From contig OZ220741.1 in NCBI GenBank assembly GCA_965116885.1, forward strand, positions 352,001 through 416,000: a stretch of DNA of 64,000 nt, in the 5' to 3' direction. The notes beneath the pieces were generated by a model. It searched no databases, had not been told where the DNA came from, and saw only the letters and a list, made by a program, of their open reading frames with translations. The stretch comes from Candidatus Latescibacterota bacterium (GTDB lineage Bacteria > Latescibacterota > UBA2968). Every line of letters begins with the position of its first letter. Position 1 is the first letter of the stretch. Below are positions 39,045-48,033 of this stretch, in pieces. A program made the position numbers and the translations under genes.

Positions 39045-39060
39045 GAACGCACGCCCTCTA

Positions 39061-39897
39061 CTACGCGGAAAAACTGGCCCAATTTTCTTCAACACGCGAA
39101 ATATCCGTTCGGCCACAAAAAACAAACAACCGATACTCACTCGCGGTCGTCTCTCCCTGTGCCAGCGTCCAGGGACCAGCAATACAGCGGCTGGGCACAA
39201 TGCCGAGTTGCCCGTCAACCCGCCAGGGATTGGGGTGTTCGGGATTGGAGGGATGATCCATCATCGCAATGCCTGCCCAGTCGGCGCGCCCCTCGATGGG
39301 AATGGAGACAGAAACCCATTGTGCGCGTTGTCCTTCAGCGTCGCGATTGATCTGGCCCTCACTGTTAATGGCCTCGCCTCCAAGGTCTCTTTTATAGGGC
39401 ATACGAAGAAAGAGACCGCCATAGGCGTATTCTCCAAAGGTAAGATCAATTGATGCGGAGAGAGACCAGGTGATATCGATATCGTACGTATCGCCCTGAT
39501 CGTTGAAAGTCCATGCCTGTATTTCGGTGAGCATAGGCGCACCATTGGGATCTCGCCATTCGCTGGTAACAGTCCAGGTAGCAGTGTTATTATGCACACC
39601 TGCATTGCTAATCGGTTCGGGGTGAAAAGTCCCATCCTGATCTTTGCGCCGCTCCTGTAGTCCCTCTGTCCAGAACCCAACCCCGTTGACCTCGTTGAGA
39701 CCCACATAAAGACCGTGCTGCCAGGGATGGTGCGAGGGGGTGTCCTCGGTGAGAATACCATTGCCATCGGGCGCCACAATGGGGTGAATATAGGCGCGGG
39801 TATCGGCTTTGGCGCGCTGAACGAGAATGGGATCTTTTTGTCCGCTGCGGAATATTTCAACGCGATCTGGTGTCGCCTTTTGTTTGAGCTCAGTCAT
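39061..39897 (-). CDS. DUF6807 / 'PmoA-family' beta-sandwich protein (not a methane monooxygenase)
   Basis: YIHPI..P.G, HHPWQHGL, YGGLFLR, NSEG and MDHPSNP motifs. Confidence 0.75.
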   Translation of the reverse strand: MTELKQKATPDRVEIFRSGQKDPILVQRAKADTRAYIHPIVAPDGNGILTEDTPSHHPWQHGLYVGLNEVNGVGFWTEGLQERRKDQDGTFHPEPISNAGVHNNTATWTVTSEWRDPNGAPMLTEIQAWTFNDQGDTYDIDITWSLSASIDLTFGEYAYGGLFLRMPYKRDLGGEAINSEGQINRDAEGQRAQWVSVSIPIEGRADWAGIAMMDHPSNPEHPNPWRVDGQLGIVPSRCIAGPWTLAQGETTASEYRLFVFCGRTDISRVEENWASFSA

Positions 39898-39940
39898 AGT
39901 TCTCCTCGGATTCAATTCAGATTTTGGAAAACGCGAACTT

Positions 39941-40543
39941 CTATGGCCTTTCGGGCAAATCAACACCCGCAAACCCCGCCAGTTGCGCGACCATGCGATA
40001 GGTCAGCCCCCACAGCACGGGGCGATTGGCACCGAGCAAATCAATAGCCGGCATATTGTGCCAACCTTCGAGATTGAGCGTTTGCCACCGCGCGGAATCG
40101 GCGAAATGTGCAAAAGGCGTCCAGAAAACATCGCGCACCTCGTCATTGGGCACAACCTCAACGCCTTCAAAAATCGCATAAACAAAACAGGCCACCTGGA
40201 TGGGCAGCGTCGCACCCGCGACATCGTCCAGACGACCGAGATACTCCGCGTTGCTCAAATCGAGACCGAGTTCCTCGCGCGTCTCGCGCTCAGCCGTGTA
40301 TTTGAGATCCGGATCATCGGATTCGGCTGTGCCACCGGGAAAAGCGATATGCCCCGACCAGGGGTCCCTGGGGTGTGCGGCACGCTCGATAAAAAGAAGA
40401 TAGAGACCATCCCGTCGCGGATGAAAAACCGCAGCAACAGCCGCCTGCGTCTTATTCGTCTCCGAACAAATACTGGGCTGATACGCCGACAGAGATGTCG
40501 CAATCCTTTGAAAGATATTCATAAGTTCCGCACCCGCCGTCAC
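39941..40543 (-). CDS. Nudix hydrolase, CoA pyrophosphatase type
   Basis: AAV, DPWSGHIAFPGG, TAERETREELG and LWGLT motifs. Confidence 0.9.
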   Translation of the reverse strand: MTAGAELMNIFQRIATSLSAYQPSICSETNKTQAAVAAVFHPRRDGLYLLFIERAAHPRDPWSGHIAFPGGTAESDDPDLKYTAERETREELGLDLSNAEYLGRLDDVAGATLPIQVACFVYAIFEGVEVVPNDEVRDVFWTPFAHFADSARWQTLNLEGWHNMPAIDLLGANRPVLWGLTYRMVAQLAGFAGVDLPERP

Positions 40544-41055
40544 GTCAACTCACTCATCCGAAACAGCGCGCGAAGTTCAATACCCTCTTTGGCGAGATTC
40601 TCTGTGCCACCGGACTCGCGGTCAATCACACATATCGCCTGTGAAACGCGCGCGCCCAGATTGCGAAGGTCCCGAGTGGAAAGAACAACTTGCCCGCCAG
40701 AAGTGACCACATCTTCAACAACCAGCAGATTCTTGCCAGATATATCAACACCCTCGGCGAGTTTACAAGTACCATAAGTCTTGGCCTCTTTTCGCACAAA
40801 ACACGTGGGCAGCCCGGACAACTGAGAAAGCATAGTCGCAAGAGGCACGCCACCGAGTTCGAGACCTGCGAGAACATCTGTATTGTCGGGAATCAGAGGC
40901 TGGAGATGCGCAGCGAGTTCGCATAGAAGTTCGGGACGAGTTTCAAACTGATACTTATCGAAATACTCTGTCGCAATCGCACCAGAGCGCAACGTAAACT
41001 GTCCGGTCAAATGAGAAGTCTGATAAATGCGATGCGCGAGTTCAGATCGGGTCAT
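40540..41055 (-). CDS. pyrE: Orotate phosphoribosyltransferase
   Basis: G.FTLRSG, YFDKY, VRKEAK.YG, VVEDVVTSGG and IDRE motifs. Confidence 0.92.
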   Translation of the reverse strand: MTRSELAHRIYQTSHLTGQFTLRSGAIATEYFDKYQFETRPELLCELAAHLQPLIPDNTDVLAGLELGGVPLATMLSQLSGLPTCFVRKEAKTYGTCKLAEGVDISGKNLLVVEDVVTSGGQVVLSTRDLRNLGARVSQAICVIDRESGGTENLAKEGIELRALFRMSELT

Positions 41056-41084
41056 CGTGGTCCCTCCAGTGTTTCAGTAAAATA

Positions 41085-42626
41085 TTACGGCTCTATCAAT
41101 TTATAGAACTCTATCGCCCCATTGACAACGCGATTGATAACCGCGCTCTTGGTCGTATGTCGGTTTTCGTCATAGCCAGAGATAAACGTTGCCCCACTGT
41201 AGTCTTTAGTCGCCGCAATCTCATCGCGAATCGCCATTGGCGTCAACGCATCCGCCCGGCGCATCGCTTGAACCACCAGCCTCAGGGCATCGTACCCCAA
41301 TGCAGCCGATCCGTCGGGCGCGACGCCAAACATCGCCGTGTACGCATCAATAAAACGATGGGCGTCTTCACTCAAATCGCCCGGTGCGACTTGAGACGAA
41401 AAAAAACCGCTAAAAAAACTGCCCTCAATAAACGCGCCACTCGTGGCAAGCAAATCTGCGTTATGCCAAGAATCGCCACCGAGAAAAGTCGCTATCAGGC
41501 CAAAATTTTGTCTTGCCTGCTGAACCAGCAACGGAATATCGACAGTAGAACCGGGAATAAAGACCACATCTGGCATAGATGAGGTGACAGCGGCCAGTTG
41601 CGCGGCAAAATCGGTCTCTCCCGACATGTAGAATTGATGCGCCGCGACATGGCCCCCAAGTGCGCCAAAATTATCGACAAAGGTCTGCGATAAGCCCTCC
41701 GAATAAATACTTCCGCGCTCCGTGAGCACCGCAACGCGACCCGCACCCAACTCTTGAACGGCAAACTCCGCCATCACCTTGCCCTGAAAATCGTCCGTAA
41801 AAGCCGCCATAAACACAAAATCACCCGCAGAAGAGACGAGTGGATTGGTCGCATTGGTCGTCACCATTGGTATCCCATGGCGTTGTGCAATTTCCCCGAC
41901 AACGACTGCCTGGCTCGAACGATTAGGGCCAACAATTGCCAATACCCTTTCCTGAGTAATCAATTTCTCTGCCAGTGCTGCAACGTATTCGGTCTCACTT
42001 ATATTTTTTTCAGCGAGTTGTTCTATGGGTACACCGCCATCGACGAGTTCTATTGGCACACCGCGCACACCCCCCGCTTCGTTGAATTGGAGAGCCGCCA
42101 GAGTCGCGCCATCCAGACCGTTTTTTCGGTATGTGCCATATATAAAGCCGATTTTGATTGCATCCTCGGGTTGCGGTATCCGCATGGGTGAACCCATCAC
42201 ACGCACCCGACCACCAATGGGCAAATCGAGCACCACCTCATACCCGCCATTGATCGGAATACTCGACCATAAACCGATCTCTCGCCCATCTATCGACGCA
42301 CGCGCTTGATAATAACCCGTCACATCATCCGATGTAATCTCAACACGAGCCCGACCATTCTCATCTGTCACCCCCGACCACTGATAATCTGCCGCCTGCC
42401 CTGCAACAGAACGCGAAAATTCCACCTTCGCCCAAATCACAGGTGCGCTGTCTCGAAGCACAGTCGCCACCACCACGGCAGACGACGCACTCGTCTGCAC
42501 AGCCAACTTACTCAGCGGACGTCCAACCTGTTCTTCTCCCCCTGCCATCTGCGACGGCATCACCCGCTCGCCACCACAGCCCCACATCATTCCAATCGCA
42601 AACACACAAAAAAAACCTCGCAACAC
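41085..42626 (-). CDS. LivJ-like ABC substrate-binding lipoprotein with extra N-terminal beta-rich domain
   Basis: Lipobox MWGC; about 110-aa extra domain; then IKIG, N..GG..G, AT.P, F.D..QG, DF.AQL and ALGYDA motifs. GTG start after AGGAGG. Confidence 0.85.
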   Translation of the reverse strand: MLRGFFCVFAIGMMWGCGGERVMPSQMAGGEEQVGRPLSKLAVQTSASSAVVVATVLRDSAPVIWAKVEFSRSVAGQAADYQWSGVTDENGRARVEITSDDVTGYYQARASIDGREIGLWSSIPINGGYEVVLDLPIGGRVRVMGSPMRIPQPEDAIKIGFIYGTYRKNGLDGATLAALQFNEAGGVRGVPIELVDGGVPIEQLAEKNISETEYVAALAEKLITQERVLAIVGPNRSSQAVVVGEIAQRHGIPMVTTNATNPLVSSAGDFVFMAAFTDDFQGKVMAEFAVQELGAGRVAVLTERGSIYSEGLSQTFVDNFGALGGHVAAHQFYMSGETDFAAQLAAVTSSMPDVVFIPGSTVDIPLLVQQARQNFGLIATFLGGDSWHNADLLATSGAFIEGSFFSGFFSSQVAPGDLSEDAHRFIDAYTAMFGVAPDGSAALGYDALRLVVQAMRRADALTPMAIRDEIAATKDYSGATFISGYDENRHTTKSAVINRVVNGAIEFYKLIEP

Positions 42627-42644
42627 AAAAACCTCCTGACATAA

Positions 42645-42681
42645 ACGAATAGACGAATAGACGAATAGACGAATAGACGAA
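42645..42681. repeat. Perfect 8-mer tandem repeat (ACGAATAG) x4.6
   Basis: Directly upstream of the RBS of the LivJ-like gene. Confidence 0.9.
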
Positions 42682-42700
42682 CCCCACCCTGCCACCCAAC

Positions 42701-42727
42701 GGGCGGGCACAGGGGCACCGCCCCTAC
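42701..42727 (-). repeat. GTAG-type REP-like palindrome
   Basis: Minus strand GTAGGGGCGGTGCCCCTGTGCCCGCCC. Confidence 0.7.
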
Positions 42728-42792
42728 ATTGATGAACTGTACCGAACCAGTTGTACACCGCTCCGTTGATTCGCTGATTCGTCGTACAACCC

Positions 42793-43629
42793 CTATGTCT
42801 CAAGCCGCGCCCACGCAGTCACATGCGGCGGCAAGAGAAGCGGGCGTTTCGACACCCTGGTCTCTTCCCGAATCCGATCTGATAGTGTATCCACATCGAC
42901 CTCTTCAGCAGTCGCAATTCCAAACTCCTCCATAAGCGGGACCAGACTGCGAAAGGCATTGGCAATAAAATCGTACCCAGCCCACGATTCTGCGCCCCCC
43001 AATGGCGCTACAAAATGCAAAACAGGCGCAGATAAACCGGCATCCAAAAACGTGCGATGGAGATCCATGCCCATTTCAGTATGCGCCCCTGAATGTTGAA
43101 ACACTGCAATTCCCCATTCAACCAGCTTGTTCATAAGCGGCGTATCTGAACGAGAAATCGATACATAAGGCGTAAAATCCACCTCCTGAAAGGCGACAAT
43201 CCCCCCCGGGCGCAAGTGCCTTGTGAGTTGTTTCAACGCCTCTGCGGGATCAGACATATACATAAGAACGAGACGCCCGACCACCGCATCGAAGTCTCCC
43301 CCCACATCCAGGGTTCGGGCATCTCCTGCTATGAACTGAATATTTTCAAAACCCAGTTCGCTCACCCTTGCCCGGGCCGTATCGAGAATCGCCGCATTGA
43401 CATCCACACCCACGACTTCCCCCTCTGCACCGACCAACTCGGCTGCTGCCATCGCAACATCTCCGGCACCGCTACCCACATCGAGAACCCGCATCCCGCC
43501 AACCAGACCCGCCTCCTGAAAAAAACGCAGCGTCACAGCCTCGTAGAGTTGTGACTGCTGAATCAAACGCTCCGTCTCCCCCTCACTGCGTCCCATCGTA
43601 TATCTCGGATCGCTCTTCGAATCGCTCAT
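42793..43629 (-). CDS. Class I SAM-dependent methyltransferase
   Basis: E.ERL..Q, VLDVGSGAG, FDAVVGR and LRPGG motifs. Confidence 0.9.
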   Translation of the reverse strand: MSDSKSDPRYTMGRSEGETERLIQQSQLYEAVTLRFFQEAGLVGGMRVLDVGSGAGDVAMAAAELVGAEGEVVGVDVNAAILDTARARVSELGFENIQFIAGDARTLDVGGDFDAVVGRLVLMYMSDPAEALKQLTRHLRPGGIVAFQEVDFTPYVSISRSDTPLMNKLVEWGIAVFQHSGAHTEMGMDLHRTFLDAGLSAPVLHFVAPLGGAESWAGYDFIANAFRSLVPLMEEFGIATAEEVDVDTLSDRIREETRVSKRPLLLPPHVTAWARLET

Positions 43630-43720
43630 CTTACTTCACCCTCCTCAAAAAATTAAAAAAACACCATGACAGCCACTCAATAATCAACTACATTTGCATT
43701 AAATATAAGGAGAAATACAA

Positions 43721-46633
43721 ATGGCATCCCGAATATTTTTTGTCCTTTGTCTTATTCTCAGCATCCCCATTTCGGCCTTTGCCCAACTCACGATTAGAGG
43801 CACAGTCACCGACGAGCGAGGCGAGGGCCTACCCAATGCCAATATCATTGTCATTGGCACAACATCTGGCACCAGCACCGATGCACAGGGCAATTTTGCA
43901 TTATATTTGCCAGAGCCAGAAGCGGAAACCACCATCGAAGCGCGTTTTGTAGGCTATAAATCCGCCAGACAAACCATTCGCCAGAACAACGGACTTGCGG
44001 AAGTCTCTTTTCAACTCAGCGTAGATGCCTTACAATTTGACGAAATCGTCGTCACCGGCCTTTCCGTTGCAACCAGCAAAAAACAACTGGGAAATGCCCT
44101 ATCCACCCTGAACATTCGCCAATTGGAATCGACTGGCGCCACCTCCCTCGACAAAGCCTTAACCGGTAAATTAGCCGGTGCCCTCATTCAGCAAAATTCG
44201 GGTAACCCAGCTGGCGGCGTAACCATCCGTCTGCGCGGAACCGGTACCGTCCTGGGCGATGCCGACCCCCTCTATGTGGTAGATGGCGTCATTGTGAACA
44301 ACGATTCCCCCGAACTCATCCGCCTCGGTGGCGGGGCACAAAATCGCCTCATCGATCTCAACCCAAACGACGTAGAACGCATTGAAATCGTAAAAGGCGC
44401 GGCTGCCGCTGCCCTTTACGGATCGCGTGCAAACAACGGCGTCGTGCAAATATTTACAAAACGCGGCGCACAGGGCAAGCCTCGCATAACCTATACCTCT
44501 CGTATTTCAACATCTAAAATACGCAAAACACTGCCTGTAAATCGGGCAACCGTTGACAATAGGGGAAATAAAAATCCCGATGGCTCCGATGTGCAACGCT
44601 TTGACCATCAGGACTTCATCTTTAGACGCGCCGCAGGAATAGAGCACTATGCGTCGGTTTCGGGAGGATCTGGCAATACCCGTTATTTTGCCTCTGGATC
44701 CTATCTCGCCGATCAAGGCGTGGTTGAAAATACATTGTTTCGGCGGATCAGTGGCCGAACGCGCATCGACCAGAATTTGTCGGACTGGTTGGCCTTATCT
44801 GTGGGTGGAAATTTCGTATTTAGCAAAAGCAATGACATTCCCAACGGCGGGCTAAATTCAAACTACGGTGCGATGACAGGTTTTATTTTTGGCCCCAATA
44901 CCTATAATCTCACACCCGACCCCGCGACCGGTGCTTATCCGAGCGACGGCGTTCTCGCCAACCCCCTCGAAGTCATTGACCGATATGATTTTACACAAGA
45001 AATCACGCGCTATATTGGAAACGCACAGATAGATGCAACTCCGCTATCTGGATTGAGTATCGACTATACGCTGGGTGTCGATGCCTACGACCAGACAGCC
45101 ATCGCATTTATACCCGCTGGTACCTCTGCGCCGGGCCTGGCAAATGGCCTTTCTCGAAGAGCCGTATTCGATTTTCTGCAACTCAACAACGACATCAACC
45201 TCAGATACCAGCGGGACATATTTCCCAATGTACAATCGACCACGCGAATTGGCGGAACCCTGCAATACGAAAAAGGGGAAAACTTCAGCGCAGAAGCCAA
45301 AAATCTGAGTCCTGTTGCAGAAGTCGTATCGAGCGGTGCAAACGTCATCGCAGGCGAAATTAGGAGCAAAAGAGTCATTTATGGCGGATTTATCCAGCAA
45401 ACCTTTGGAATCGCCAATCGCCTTTTTGTCACGGCTGCTGCCCGCATCGACGCCTCCTCGGTCTATGACGCGGATAATCGCTGGCAATTTTATCCAAAAG
45501 CGAGTGCCTCCTATCTCATTTCAGATACGGGCTTCTGGCAAAATGGCGCACTTCAAAATATCTTTCCAGACTTCAAATTGCGAGCCTCCATAGGCACTTC
45601 AGGGGGTCAAACAGCTATTGGGCCTTATGACCGCCTGACCAATTACAATGCATCCTCTTATGACGGCAACCCCGGCCTGGTGCCCAGCACGCAACTCGGC
45701 GGGACGATCAAACCCGAAAGACAGCGGGAAATTGAAATAGGAACGGATTTTAGTCTCCTGTCCAATCGCCTGGGCATAGAACTGACCTATTACGATCAAC
45801 ACATCGACGACTTGTTGCTATTCCGCACATTATCCCCCTCCACAGGTCACTCGCGCGCCCTGCAAAATGTCGGTACCATGGACAATACCGGATTGGAACT
45901 CCTCGTGCGCGCGATTCCGCTTGCACGCCCCAATCTCCGCTGGGAATCGACCTTCACATATTCGACCAACAAAAACAAAGTCGATGGCATTGAGGGCGGA
46001 CGATTGATCATTCCAAATTCGTTTTCTCAGGTCTCTGCCATCAACGGCGAACCCCTCGGGGTTTTCTTCAGCACGGCTTTTGAACGCGATACCCAGGGCA
46101 ATATCGCACGCGATGAAAACAATCTCCCGATACAAGCGGCTGATCGCAAAATTATTGGAGATCCCAACCCGGACTTTACCGCTTCATGGATCAATCAGAT
46201 CGCCCTGGGACAAAACTGGTCATTTCGCATGCAATGGGACGCCATCATAGGTGGCGATGTGTTTAACTTCACCAGACGCCTGGCCGCATTGAGCGCATTC
46301 GGCGTTTTAACAGACTACGAACGAGAATTAAACGGCGAACTCCCTTCTGGATATAATTCGCGGGTCTTCCGAATTTTTGAGCAATGGATCGAAGATGGAT
46401 CCTTTGTGAAATTGCGCGAACTATCCGCATCTTATCGCTGGCAGCCCCAATTTTTGGGATTGAGCAGCATTCAATTGAGCCTGATTGGACGCAATTTGCT
46501 TTCCATAGACAACTACAGCGGTTACGATCCGGAAACCAACATCGCCGGACAGCGCACCGCAGTGCGCGGATTTGACTTCGTAGAAGTGCCCATCCCGCGC
46601 AGTATTGCATTTCGTATAAGCTTGAACTACTAA
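43721..46633 (+). CDS. SusC/RagA-family TonB-dependent receptor
   Basis: CarboxypepD-like N-domain, EIVVTG, IRLRG, DPLYVVDG, KGAAAAALYGSRANNGV.QI.TK, EDGSFVKLRE and YSGYDPE motifs. Confidence 0.95.
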   Translation: MASRIFFVLCLILSIPISAFAQLTIRGTVTDERGEGLPNANIIVIGTTSGTSTDAQGNFALYLPEPEAETTIEARFVGYKSARQTIRQNNGLAEVSFQLSVDALQFDEIVVTGLSVATSKKQLGNALSTLNIRQLESTGATSLDKALTGKLAGALIQQNSGNPAGGVTIRLRGTGTVLGDADPLYVVDGVIVNNDSPELIRLGGGAQNRLIDLNPNDVERIEIVKGAAAAALYGSRANNGVVQIFTKRGAQGKPRITYTSRISTSKIRKTLPVNRATVDNRGNKNPDGSDVQRFDHQDFIFRRAAGIEHYASVSGGSGNTRYFASGSYLADQGVVENTLFRRISGRTRIDQNLSDWLALSVGGNFVFSKSNDIPNGGLNSNYGAMTGFIFGPNTYNLTPDPATGAYPSDGVLANPLEVIDRYDFTQEITRYIGNAQIDATPLSGLSIDYTLGVDAYDQTAIAFIPAGTSAPGLANGLSRRAVFDFLQLNNDINLRYQRDIFPNVQSTTRIGGTLQYEKGENFSAEAKNLSPVAEVVSSGANVIAGEIRSKRVIYGGFIQQTFGIANRLFVTAAARIDASSVYDADNRWQFYPKASASYLISDTGFWQNGALQNIFPDFKLRASIGTSGGQTAIGPYDRLTNYNASSYDGNPGLVPSTQLGGTIKPERQREIEIGTDFSLLSNRLGIELTYYDQHIDDLLLFRTLSPSTGHSRALQNVGTMDNTGLELLVRAIPLARPNLRWESTFTYSTNKNKVDGIEGGRLIIPNSFSQVSAINGEPLGVFFSTAFERDTQGNIARDENNLPIQAADRKIIGDPNPDFTASWINQIALGQNWSFRMQWDAIIGGDVFNFTRRLAALSAFGVLTDYERELNGELPSGYNSRVFRIFEQWIEDGSFVKLRELSASYRWQPQFLGLSSIQLSLIGRNLLSIDNYSGYDPETNIAGQRTAVRGFDFVEVPIPRSIAFRISLNY

Positions 46634-46649
46634 GCGGAGAAAAAAGAAC

Positions 46650-47954
46650 ATGAAATCGAGTCTCCTGTGTATTCTCCCGGCATTGCTGCTCTTTTTTATA
46701 CAAGGTTGCGATTTAAACATAACAAATCCAAACCAGGCAGTGGAAGAGCGCGTTTTAACCACCAGTGACGGCATTATCGCACTCGCCATTGGCATGCAAC
46801 GAGATTACGCGAGTCAGAATGTCGATTCATACATTCGTCATCCGGCAATTACAAGCCGCGAATTTGCGGCAAACACGACCTTTGCCAACCTCATACAATT
46901 AGAGGATGGTCTCAACGCTTTGTCTGGCGCGAACAGCGGTGTCAGCGCGATCTGGTTCGACTCATATCGCGTCATCGGAATAGCCAACGACCTGATCGAA
47001 AACGCCCCCAATGTGCAACTTTCAGAAGGTACGCGCAGCGGCATTATTGCACTGTCTCAACTTTACAAAGCGATGTGCCTGGGATTCGTCGCACAGGCTT
47101 TTGAGTTCGCGCCAACAGATGTACAGGCCGATGGACAAGCCCCTTTCGTGCCGCGACCCGAGGTACTTGTCGAAGCGATTCGCTTGCTGGACAACGCGCT
47201 CCAAACCATCGAGACCACGCCGCTATCTGCTCAATTCAACGCAGATATCCTGGGGCAGGGATTCGATCTTTTAAATACAATTCACGCTTATCGGGCGCGC
47301 TATAACCTGTTCACGGGAAATTATCCAGCCGCACTTGAAGCCGCCAATACCGTCGATCCCTCGTCAACTTCTGTCTATACTTATGACGCCGAAAATCAGA
47401 ACCCCATTTACACCCAGGTCTTTGCTTTGGATGATTATGCGCCAAGAGATAATTTCGGAACGCGGGTCACAGACAGCAACGATGCGAGACTTGCATTTTA
47501 TCTCATGCCAGATGACCGCCTGAGCAATCCCAACGCCTTGCCGATTGAAACGCTATCCGGATTTTGGAACACCGCCACGTCGTCCATCCCGGCATATTTG
47601 CCCGGCGAAATGGCTCTGACGAGGGCAGAGGCAAACGCAATGATGGGAAATATCACAGGAGCGATCGCCGAAATAGACGCCATCCGCACAAAAACACCCG
47701 ATCGCGATCCCTTTGGCATTGGGGCATCGCTACCACCCTACAGCGGTCCACAAACCGTCGAGGCCGTGACAGAAGAGATCTTTCGGCAGCGCAGAGCCGA
47801 ATTATTCCTCAGCGGTACTGGATTGGAAGACAGCCGACGCCTCGGTCAACCCGGCCCCTCATCCGACCCCTTTGAGCGAAATCGGAATTTCTATCCCTAT
47901 GCCGACCAGGAGCGATTAAACAACCCCAATACGCCTTCCCATCCCGCAAATTAG
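46650..47954 (+). CDS. SusD/RagB-family outer-membrane lipoprotein
   Basis: Lipobox IQGC; L.RAEA and EIFRQRRAELF..G motifs; directly follows susC. Confidence 0.9.
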   Translation: MKSSLLCILPALLLFFIQGCDLNITNPNQAVEERVLTTSDGIIALAIGMQRDYASQNVDSYIRHPAITSREFAANTTFANLIQLEDGLNALSGANSGVSAIWFDSYRVIGIANDLIENAPNVQLSEGTRSGIIALSQLYKAMCLGFVAQAFEFAPTDVQADGQAPFVPRPEVLVEAIRLLDNALQTIETTPLSAQFNADILGQGFDLLNTIHAYRARYNLFTGNYPAALEAANTVDPSSTSVYTYDAENQNPIYTQVFALDDYAPRDNFGTRVTDSNDARLAFYLMPDDRLSNPNALPIETLSGFWNTATSSIPAYLPGEMALTRAEANAMMGNITGAIAEIDAIRTKTPDRDPFGIGASLPPYSGPQTVEAVTEEIFRQRRAELFLSGTGLEDSRRLGQPGPSSDPFERNRNFYPYADQERLNNPNTPSHPAN

Positions 47955-47970
47955 CTCCATCAAAAACAAA

Positions 47971-48006
47971 AACAGAGAGCCGCGCAAATAGCACAGCCCT
48001 CTGTTT
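47971..48006. terminator. Possible terminator between convergent susD and RND genes
   Basis: Imperfect hairpin AACAGAGAGC...GCCCTCTGTT. Confidence 0.45.
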
Positions 48007-48033
48007 GGGAGAGAAGTGGTTCTATGATCCGTT

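Noticed and set aside
39061..39897. Particulate methane monooxygenase (Pfam label 'PmoA')
   Set aside because: Soluble beta-rich protein without TM helices or pmoB/pmoC; the family label is a misnomer.
42645..42681. CRISPR array
   Set aside because: Contiguous 8-mer microsatellite without spacers; no cas genes or repeat-spacer arrays seen anywhere in the window.
42751..42764. 14-nt match (TTGTACACCGCTCC) to the reverse complement of the TnpB left-end region (32048-32061)
   Set aside because: Chance 14-mer matches are expected in a self-comparison of 64 kb; it does not extend and is not the predicted guide.
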